NCBI GenBank assembly: GCA_002245135.1
Contig: NGBS01001174.1
Coordinates: 122,030 to 142,029, forward strand
From: Proteromonas lacertae
Taxonomy: Eukaryota
Reading direction: 5' to 3'
DNA length: 20,000 nt
In this document: piece after piece, positions 12,001 to 20,000 of the stretch
Position numbering within the stretch: position 1 is the stretch's first letter
How the letters are laid out: every line of letters begins with the position of its first letter
Program-made: the position numbers and the translations under genes
The notes under the pieces: model-generated
Databases searched by the model: none
Told to the model about the DNA's origin: nothing
Seen by the model: only the letters and a program-made list of their open reading frames with translations

Positions 12001-14407
12001 TAATGGTTTTTATGAAATATTTAATATTATGCCAAGTCAAGTGAAGTATAATATTCATATTGTTGAGTATTATAAAGATGTTTATCCACCATCCAAATTA
12101 TCAATACCTCCAGGAATTGGTTATTATTCAACAAAGAATCCATTATCACCAGTGAATGTTACATTAACACCATCAAATAAAGAAAATGCAATAGAATTAT
12201 CATATGAAGAATCAGGTGTGAATGGAGGTTATACAGTTCAATCATATTCAATACAAATTAGTAAAGATCCCGACTTTAAGACAATTGAAACAGATTATGA
12301 TATAAGTATTGATGATAGAATAATAGATTCAAATACAGTGATAAGATGTAGTAATTATCCACAATACTCTATTTGGTCATTACAACTGCAATCCGATAAT
12401 AATACAGATACATTTATATTAGATATAAAGACAAGCCAGTTTGAAGTAACAACAAAGCCATTATTGTTCTCAAAAGTAGTTGGAAATATAAAAGATGAAA
12501 AATTAGATAATATATACGATGAAAAGGGTAATGGATCATTAGAATCTGCATTAGAATCATTAAGTTTCATTAATAATGTTTCTGTTACTCAATATTCTAT
12601 CTTAGAAGGAAATATATTCTATATTACTTTCTTAGATTTATCATTAGATATTGAATCAATCAATGTAGTAGCAAGTGGTGAAAAGACAACTGTAACAAGT
12701 GTAAAAGAGCTTACTAAAAAGATCATACCACCAAGTAGATGTTTTGGTTCAAAAATAGAAATAGTAAACTTGAAATCATTAGATTATTATTATGTGAGAG
12801 TTAGAAGTGATACAACAATAGGTCATAGTGAATATGAAAGATGTAAAGAACCATTTAAACCTACAATATATCCACAGACAGTAAATAGTTTTACAGTTAC
12901 ACCTTTATCAGCAAGTGAAATCTTAGTTGCATTTATTCCTGATTTATCAGCTGATTATTATATTATTGAATGTGATAGATCTGTTGAATTTAACTCTAAT
13001 CCAAAAGGAACAGTTATTGATAATAGAATATTGTATAGTGAAATAGTAAAGAGAGTAGATATTAATAGTAATTCAAGATTATTGCAAGACTCATCATTAT
13101 CAATAGAGATTAGTGGTTTAATAGAATGTGAAACATATTATGTTCGATTAACAAGTGTGAATAATATCGGTGGTTGGAGTGTACCATCAACTTCAAAAGA
13201 TATTTCAGTATATGGATTACCAAGTAAACCTGAATCAATAGAAGTTGGAATTACTAGTTCAAATTCACTTACAATATCCATACCATTACCATTGAGAAAT
13301 GAAAGAATTGATGAATATGTGATAGAAATATCAACAGATGAAGAATTTACATCACCAATGAGATATTCTTATAAAATAGCTATCACATCATCAATAACAA
13401 TTACAAAACTGAAAGAAAGTGAAGAATATTATATTAGAGCATGTGCAAAGAATGATTTAGGTGAAAGTGAATATTATGTTAGTGATAATGGTTATAGAAC
13501 AAGATTAGTTCCACCAGGTAAACCATTAATATCTGAAATATCTTTATCAAGAAATACATTAAGAATGTCAATAAAACCACCAGTTATACCTTATCATGGA
13601 ATATGGTGTAGTGGTAAGAGTAATGCTGAAAATTGTCCAATAGAATCTAGTTTTACGAATGGAATAGCTGATGGTGGTAGTGTTATATTATCATATATAG
13701 TTGAATATTCAATATCTCCTGATTTTATTAATCCAAATATTACTAGATTTATACCTGTAGATAAAAGTACGATGAAAGTAACAGGTATATTTGATTTACC
13801 ATATGATGGAATATGGTATATTCGTGTGTATTGTGAGAATTTATATGGAAGTTACAAATCATGTAATAGAATGTGTGATGCAAAGAATGAATGTAATGGT
13901 AAAGAATTAGTTGTTACTGTTTCTAATACAAATGATCATTTACTACCACCATCAACTCCTGATGTTGAAGATGAACCAACTGAAGAACCAACAACTCCTT
14001 TACCTCCTTATCCAACTACAATTCCTCCAACAACAGAAATTCCTACTACTGAACCAACAGAAACAGTTGAAACAGAAAGAACAGAAGAAATTGATCATAC
14101 AGAAATAGCAACAAATGAAGAAGGAATCACAACAGAAGAAGAATCAATAACAAAAGAGCAGATAATTACAGATGAAGAGAATGATCATACTACTGAAAAG
14201 GAAGATACTAAAACAACACCTACAGCAACTACAACTACAACAAAAGAAGAAATATTAACAGATGAAGAAGATGATGTATTAACAGAAAAAGAGAAATTGA
14301 CTGATGAAGATGAAGATGAAGAGAATGATTATACATCATCAGATGATGATAAAACTGAAACAAATAAAAAGAAGAAATTAGGAAAAGATGAAGAATTTTT
14401 ATTCTAA
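1..14407 (+). CDS. Giant FN3-repeat (titin-like) putative surface/extracellular protein, 5'-partial, at least ~4800 aa, reconstructed across four +1 frame breaks (~586, ~1665, ~1785, ~7217)
   Basis: ORFs 1-624, 659-1714, 1602-1799, the frame-1 stretch ~1786-7230 and 7238-14407 join by single-base shifts, and motifs continue across the breaks (LENLEVKPYTILVQSVNKFGRS; VPE-PTIVEVLTLSSKKIKVTFKAPISDNGSPIIKYYIEW; C-PNVNNNTM). Recurrent FN3 signatures: WxxP..(D/N)GGxxIxxYxIE and LxxxxxYxxRVxAxNxxGxS. Stop TAA at 14405-14407. Confidence 0.88.
1775..2420 (+). other. Two tandem intact FN3 domains
   Basis: PTIVEV..KVTFKAPISDNGSPIIKYYIEW..YYVRVIAVNDAGNS, then PGKPIV..INWHES..GNGGIPLTKFIVDW..YIRVYSTNSLGTS. 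Confidence 0.85.
10455..11095 (+). other. Two tandem intact FN3 domains
   Basis: GAPVDV..LELRWKEPIYTGGKPILYYVVE..LAPSTSYYGRVLAAN, then VPEVV..QEPLSNGGKSVESYVIQY..LEEGKTYYFKVAAKNEIGES. Confidence 0.88.
12870..13900 (+). other. Three C-terminal FN3 domains, the last with a Cys-containing loop insert
   Basis: GLIECETYYVRLTSVNNIGG; LPSKP..IDEYVIE..LKESEEYYIRACAKNDLGES; PPGKP..HGIWCSG..CP..ADGGSVILSYIVEYS..WYIRVYCEN. Confidence 0.8.
13945..14400 (+). repeat. Low-complexity Pro/Thr/Glu-rich (mucin-like) stalk and acidic tail with imperfect ExI/LT(D/T)EE repeats
   Basis: PPSTPDVEDEPTEEPTTPLPPYPTTIPPTTEIPTTEPT, then EGITTEEE, EQIITDEEND, EEILTDEEDD, EKLTDEDED. Confidence 0.85.
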
Positions 14408-14483
14408 ATATTATATTATTATATTATATTGTTTTTTTTTTTTTTCAAAATAAATAAATATAATATAACTAATAAATAAAGAA
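14408..14483. other. 76-bp convergent intergenic/3'-UTR region, almost pure A/T, with a T14 run
   Basis: Lies between the + strand stop (14407) and the inferred - strand stop (14484-14486). Contains short TATAT/TAT repeats, a poly-T run at 14432-14445 and AATAAA hexamers. Confidence 0.6.
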
Positions 14484-16700
14484 TTAGAAATCAGGTTGTA
14501 TTAATTGACTCTCATTATGAACAATCATTTTACTCATTCTTCTTCCATCAGTTTCATCCAATGATTTTATTGAAATTGTACTACCTTCTTCTACAACAGC
14601 ATCTTCAATTATATATGATTCTCTTGGAGATACTGATCTCTTCTTTATAAACGATGTAGAACCTGAAACTTAACAAACTACTTAAAAATACTCCTGTTAT
14701 ATCAATTACACTTCTAAATGGATCACGAATTTGATGTAAAGCTAAAACTATTATACTCTCTACAAACTCAGGATATAACATTGATAAAATAATTTCACCT
14801 TTCATTGGTAGTGTATGTTGAACTTCTAACCATATATGATTATGATCTTCTAGTTTATAACTATCATTGATTAAATGATTATCATTTCCCAATTTTTCCC
14901 AACTCTCCTTTTCTAATACTCTTATATCAATTTCTTTTTTATATGTTGAGTATTGATTCCATAAAAGTAATAGAGAATCGTGATATTTATATTGTACTTC
15001 TTTACAATAATATTTGGGATGATGTTTATCTTGTAATGATAGAATCTGTTTTGATGTAAAAGGAATTATTGATTCTTTCATTTCTTGGGCTATTCATATA
15101 ATACAAAATATATAATAATAATAATAATAATATACAAAATAAAGTTCCAACAGATATGTTTGGTTCAATCATTTCTAATGTCTTTAAAAATATCAACAAT
15201 AATTTGGTTGGTTCAATTGTATCACTATAAACATATTAATATTTATTTATTATTATATATACAATTCATGTGATTTAGTTTCTCTACAATCTTTCTTATT
15301 AATTCCAACGTTATATAATAACAATTCAAATAGTGCAGTTTCAGATATTTTACTTATTAATCTCAAATGTTTAATAATAAACCAATATTCATTAATACAT
15401 AATGAATTATCTCTTAAAAATGAAGTAAATAGATTTAAAACTGTAAAGCTTCTCTGACATAATATTGACTTTGGTATATCCAATCCATACATTGATGCAT
15501 CAAATTCATTTAATATATCAGAAGAAAACGGATATTTTTTTGAAACTTCTATTGATTTTTTCCAACATTCTCCAAATAGACATTCACTTATTTTATTTGA
15601 ATCATTCACATTATTCTGTATTAAATCCATCATTGAAGATATATAGGGGATAGTTTGATTCAAAGCTTGAGTAGTTTCATTATGTTCTTTAGAAAGATTT
15701 TCATCTGAATATGTTGTTATTTTACTATTTATAATAATAATATTGTAATAATAACATACTCTACTTTCTGTAATTGTTTGAAATGTGACTGTACTGTTCG
15801 ATATGGAGCTAATGAAGAAGGTAAATATGGTTTTGATAAAAACAATGATGATAATAAAGTATTACTATTACATTATATATATATATTTACATACATTAAA
15901 TGCAATATTACTATTATTCACATCTTCCCAAACACTATCAGTATCTATTTAATAATATAATAATAATTACAATAATAAAAATAAAATATACTCTTTTCAT
16001 GAACTAAAGTTTTATTTAATAAATACTTATAACCATCAGAAGTATCTACTGATTCTGTGTGCATTAATATTGAAGCTAATAACTTTAAATAATCTCTTTC
16101 ATCAGCTAATTCACTTAAATCATTCAATTCTCCTCCAGTTAAATACTTATACCAATTGCATAATAATTCATTTATATTATAAGAATCAGAATTTGGCTAT
16201 TCATATATATATAAATATATATACATAATTAGATGGCTTAATTGGATTTATATTACCATAATGTCTTGATAATATTGGTGTAACTGTTATTAATGCATGA
16301 CGAGTATGTCTCAATGAATATAAAAACTACCCGTTACACCATAGATTGATTTATCATCACAATAAAACTGATTTGGTCTAATATCAATCTTACTAGATAC
16401 TCTTTCATATTCATAATCAATTAATTGTTTTTGTTTTAAATAATCTTCTAAGTCCTCTTTCAATTCAATCAATTTACTTTTTGTTAATTCGATATTATTA
16501 ATAGTGTCATCTTTATATTTAACTAATGCTTCATAATTGTATTGACTTGCTTTGATTTCTTTGTGATTATAATCTCCTTCCATGCTTTAAATACTCTTAA
16601 AATAATCTGTTTTGGATCACGAAATTGCCTTGAAAATAATATTTGTAAATGATTCTTCAGTTGTTTATTATGTTGAATTATTCCTTTCCATTCGTTGAAT
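14484..16700 (-). CDS. Multi-exon hypothetical protein with FxxWK motifs, a coiled coil and a possible calponin-homology-like segment; 5' end uncertain or truncated
   Basis: Six GT..AG introns link ORFs 15945-16127, 15253-15663 and 14605-15081. Splicing restores the frame (SHE-FDTIEPTK..TLF-SQEMKES; QKV-DKITTYS; PSNY-PNSDSY). About four extra single-base frame breaks (~16550, ~16325, ~15915, ~14670) are needed. The C-terminal frame reads SGSTSFIKKRSVSPR..QLIQPDF*. Confidence 0.72.
15090..15135 (-). other. Spliceosomal intron, 46 nt
   Basis: GTATATTATTATT...ATGAATAG; removal keeps the frame (T|CC = Ser). Confidence 0.88.
15225..15262 (-). other. Spliceosomal intron, 38 nt
   Basis: GTATATATAATAA...GTTTATAG; removal keeps the frame (TT|T = Phe). 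Confidence 0.88.
15725..15759 (-). other. Spliceosomal intron, 35 nt
   Basis: GTATGTTATTATT...ATAAATAG; removal keeps the frame (GA|T = Asp). Confidence 0.88.
15865..15894 (-). other. Spliceosomal intron, 30 nt
   Basis: GTATGTAAATATATATATATAATGTAATAG. The frame across it needs either a 1-nt indel in the upstream 50-nt exon or an alternative acceptor at 15911 for the preceding intron. Confidence 0.75.
15945..15991 (-). other. Spliceosomal intron, 47 nt (alternative acceptor possible at 15911)
   Basis: GTATATTTTATTTT...TTAAATAG; removal joins HEK-N-TDSVWEDV. Confidence 0.75.
16197..16224 (-). other. Spliceosomal intron, 28 nt
   Basis: GTATATATATTTATATATATATGAATAG; phase 0, joins PSNY|PNSDSY. 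Confidence 0.88.
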
Positions 16701-16967
16701 GCTTGTATCATAATCATGATCTTTTTTTATCACACCGTGGTTCCTATATGCAGCTAAAGCACTTCCTTCACCAAAAAAATAAGTTACATTTATTGTTCTA
16801 AGAAAATGAAGCACATCATTACATTCGCTTTTTCTATTATAGTCATATTTCATTGTTGGGTAGTTTATATCCCAATTACATCTATTCTGTGTTGTAGCTG
16901 TATATAAACGTATGATAGAAATTGAGAATAGTGATAAAAATAATATGAAGTAGGTAAAAGATTTCAT
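16668..16967 (-). CDS. LicD/fukutin-family nucleotidyltransferase-fold protein, N-terminal fragment only (signal anchor plus first catalytic motif)
   Basis: A hydrophobic N-terminus (MKSFTYFILFLSLFSISII) is followed by YFFGEGSALAAYRNHGVIKKDHDYD, matching the LicD motif Y/W-x-x-x-G-S/T-L-L-G-A-x-R-x-x-G-x-I-x-x-D-x-D-x-D. The ORF ends about 12 residues later. Confidence 0.72.
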   Translation of the reverse strand: MKSFTYFILFLSLFSISIIRLYTATTQNRCNWDINYPTMKYDYNRKSECNDVLHFLRTINVTYFFGEGSALAAYRNHGVIKKDHDYDTSIQRMERNNST

Positions 16968-17015
16968 TATTTCAACAATATAATTCACAAAACATTTGAT
17001 TTAATCATAAACATA

Positions 17016-17995
17016 ATGAATTTATATTATATTATAGTAATTATTTTATTAATTATATTGGTCAAATACATTAGAGAGAAAGTATTAAATATAGAAAATA
17101 ATATATATAATAGTAAAAAGAAATCAATAGCAATTATACTTACTGTGTGGAAGAGAAATAATTTGTTAATGCAACTCAATATAATAAAACATCAAACTAT
17201 TATGAGGAGTATGAATGTAACTATTATTGTTTATCAAAATTCTAATCATTTAAGTATTAATCAAATAATAGTTGAGTGGAATAGAAAAAATAAAAACTTG
17301 CATATTAATCTTATCAATACTATATTTGAAACAGGTTATTATGGGAGATTTTTAGTTCCTTTAACATGTGACAGTTCCATTTCTTATTTTATTATATGTG
17401 ATGATGATATTATTTTTGGTTCTAAATATTTCGAAAATATGATAAGAGTAGTAAATGATGGATATCTTGCTACTAGAAATGGTAGATACATCACTAAAAA
17501 TTATGAGGAATTATCTACAGACAAATTTATTAGAGGATTTGTTACATGGGAAGAGGATTTAGAATATGATTTTGGAGGTCATATATGGGCAGGAAAAATA
17601 GAATGGTTAAGATTAGCTTGGCAACATCCTTCACCAACATTAATAAATTGTGAAGATTTATGGATTAGTGTTGTTTTGAGAAAATATTATAAAATTAAAA
17701 CTAAAGTACCTAAATGCCCTTTTCCTAAATCTACAAATGAAAAACCTTCATTGTGTGCATGTAGCGATATATCTGCAGCTTATCATAAAATATCAATTAT
17801 AGGCAATTCAACAGTCATAACAATAGTAGATCAACTGCTATAAAACAAATAAAGAATTTCTATAATTTTAAAGGCATTATTGAAACAAATCAAAATTTAT
17901 ACATCAAAGTAAAAAAATCAAAATTTCGTCACAATAATAAGATTTTCAATTTAAGTAATGATATTATGAATAAACGATGTCTATTTTTTATATAA
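17016..17995 (+). CDS. GT-A fold (GT2-like) glycosyltransferase with N-terminal type II membrane anchor; one frame break near 17815
   Basis: TM segment LYYIIVIILLIILV; IAIILTVWKR strand; YFIICDDDIIFG DxD motif; DFGGHIW; EDLWIS. The ORF stops at 17843, but an alternate frame continues NNSRSTAIKQIK..RCLFFI* to 17995. Confidence 0.8.
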
Positions 17996-17999
17996 TTAA

Positions 18000-19080
18000 A
18001 TGTATATAAAATCATTACAATCATTAAGAGGTTTTTCAATTTTATTATTATAGTATATCATTATTATAACAGAATATTTAGAGGTGGATATTTAGGTGTT
18101 ACTTTGTTTTTAGAGATATCAGGAGTTGTTAATAATATAGTTGGAAAAGAATTTTGTATAATTAATTTCTATTTAAAAGAATTAATTCTATTTATCCTTC
18201 ATTACTAATAGTAATTGCTATATTGAATTTCATTATAAAGGATATCTCATACAATGAATTAATTAACTATTACAAAGAGTGTAAATATTCATTAATTGGT
18301 TATTTAAATTATCATTTTTATAAAAATAGTTTAGACTATTTTAATCAGTATAATTCTGCGTCTTATATTCTTAATATGTGGTATATATCCTTGCAAATGC
18401 AATTATATATTATCTTCCCTCTGTTGAAGTTTTTATCAACAAGATATATTATTTTGATAATTGTTTTTAGTTATGTTATTTTTTTATATATAGTCTACAC
18501 AACATAAATAGATCATATTATATGATAGAATGCAGAATATATGAATTTCTTTAGGATTTATTATAATGAATAGAAGGATAGGAATAACAAAATATAATTA
18601 TGTATTTATCTACTTTATCATTTTCTTTTTATTATGTTTATCTATTATAGGTGATTATTCTTATTCATATGTTGTTATTTCAATAACTTCTGTGTTTGGA
18701 TTTGTCTTATTAGAGTTATTGATAAATAAATCATCTATATTTGATAAATCATTAGTGTTAAATTCACTTGGAAAGTATTCCTATCAGTTATATTTAATTC
18801 ATTATCCATTTATGTATATATTTCCACACAATATATTACTTAGAATTTTATGCTTGTATTTATTATCAATCTCTATACATTATACAGCACATTATATATC
18901 GAAGAGTTTTAGTATTTTAAATTTACAATTATAATTATGATAAGTATTTATTCTTTTTATAAACTATATTCCATAAAATTAATTTAACCATAAAAAAGAA
19001 AGCGGAATTACATTTTCTTCCACATAAAGATCCAATCTATGAATACTATAAAGTATTTAGTTTGTTTAAATTACAAAAGT
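18000..19080 (+). CDS. Acyltransferase_3 (OafA/OatA/YrhL-like) membrane O-acetyltransferase; several frame breaks; 3' end uncertain (18934, or truncated near 19080)
   Basis: ATG at 18000. Family motifs appear in order across frames: LQSLRG, VYH, GGYLGVTLFLEISG, FYLK(R)INSIYP, MWYISLQMQLYIIFP, YYMIECRIYEFxG, LGKYSYQLYLIHYP. Multiple hydrophobic segments. Confidence 0.85.
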
Positions 19081-20000
19081 CATATAAGAAAAGGAGCTGT
19101 TGATTCTCCACGTAGTTTGTTAGTATCATTTGAACCTCCATCTGTTTATAGTGGATTGCCAATATTAGGTTATAAATTGAAATACGATACAACTCCTCTT
19201 TATACAAGTGATAATACTAATACAGTCGACTATAATGATGTTAATTTCTTGTACTATGATCAAACAATAGAAATAAGTGTAAATCAGGATATGAGTAATT
19301 TATTATATGATGCTATTGATATTAATAACAATAATGATGAAATTACATTGTGTTTATTAAAGGAACAAACATATCAATTAGTGTATGATGAATATATCTC
19401 AGATCCAATATCATTATTAGGAAGTGAAATTAGAGAAATGAGAAGTGTTATTGAATCAATACCAGAATAAAAGCAGCATCAATTAGAATACCATATTAGA
19501 TTAGTATTGGAGAAGTTGAAATTTGAAGAAAGAAGTATAAGAAGCACTAGTAGTAGCAATAATGGTGAAATCGTGTTTAATATAAGAACTCCAATTGATA
19601 TTTATATAAATGGTAGAAAGTATTGCTTATTAGGTAAGTATTATGAGAATATTACAGATTGCTATAATCAAGGATATCCAACAGAAGGAAAACAGAATGT
19701 TCAAGTAGTACAATCTTATACATACAATATACACTTGGAGAATGTAGCAAAATATAGCACATTTGAAATACGACATAATAGTGAACCTAAATGTTCAATT
19801 CATGTAACAAGTGAAAAATGTAATGGATGTATAATTATTAGTAATGTAATTACTGGATATGATCATTATTTAAGTCTTTCTGCATATAATGAGTTAGGGA
19901 GAAAGTGAATATGTTTCAGTTAATGAACCAATCATACCATGTGAAGTATCAGGTGCTCCAGTTGATGTTAACTTTTATAGTAAACAGTACATCATTAGAA
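19080..20000 (+). repeat. Near-identical direct copy of giant-gene bases ~9574-10504, running off the window end; frameshifted
   Basis: ATAAGAAAAGGAGCTGTTGATTCTCCACG at 19084 matches 9587, and TAAACAGTACATCATTAGAA at the window end matches up to 10504. Differences are mostly small indels clustered at 19413-19520, ~19898 and ~19975, plus one isolated synonymous T>C near 19662. Confidence 0.97.

Noticed and set aside
2700..12570. Short minus-strand ORFs (2700-2972, 4220-4450, 4356-4544, 5412-5642, 9495-9710, 12355-12570)
   Set aside because: Antisense shadows of the giant CDS with no recognisable motifs.
14400..14483. Blastocystis-type polyadenylation-created stop codon with a TGTTTGTT motif
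   Set aside because: Both convergent genes have encoded TAA stops, and no exact TGTTTGTT lies downstream of them.
13911..15960. Short plus-strand ORFs (13911-14108, 15085-15273, 15465-15653, 15778-15960)
   Set aside because: Off-frame readings of the low-complexity tail, or antisense to the spliced minus-strand gene and its AT-rich introns.
18000..19080. Acyltransferase and other broken genes called as pseudogenes
   Set aside because: Breaks are single-base and often in homopolymers, motifs are intact, and nearly every gene in the window shows them. Sequence error is the simpler explanation.
16668..19090. Transposon-mediated insertion of the glyco block
   Set aside because: I saw no transposase or integrase, terminal inverted repeats or target-site duplication at either junction.
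1..20000. Alternative genetic code (stop-codon reassignment)
   Set aside because: ORFs of 1732 and 2389 codons have no internal TAA, TAG or TGA. The breaks need frame changes, not read-through.
1..20000. CRISPR array, tRNA or rRNA genes
   Set aside because: No regularly spaced nucleotide repeats or GC-rich structured RNA-like segments are visible; the periodicity is at the protein level only.

Overview
AT-rich eukaryotic DNA, shown by six tiny (28-47 nt) GT-AG introns. A compact protist genome such as a Blastocystis-like stramenopile is an inference, not proven. (1) Bases 1-14407 (+) are one giant, 5'-partial, apparently intronless gene of at least ~4,800 codons, broken into several ORFs by four single-base +1 frame breaks. 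It encodes about 13 fibronectin type III (FN3) domains, several interrupted by very large, apparently nested insertions of an unnamed repeat ('EIQ/EVQ' strand + 'GxFxL..LExLxxIxxVxV..W/YxIxF' core), followed by a Pro/Thr/Glu-rich stalk and an acidic tail. (2) A convergent intron-rich gene (-, ~14484-16700) has a weak calponin-homology-like segment, a coiled coil and FxxWK motifs. (3) A tightly packed, intronless cluster of bacterial-type glycan-modification genes: a LicD/fukutin-family fragment, a GT-A glycosyltransferase and an OafA/OatA-like acyltransferase_3. (4) A near-identical copy of giant-gene bases ~9574-10504 lies at 19080-20000. The glyco block appears cut at both ends and small indels are common, so unpolished long-read error or a chimeric join must be excluded before any frameshift or junction is treated as biology.
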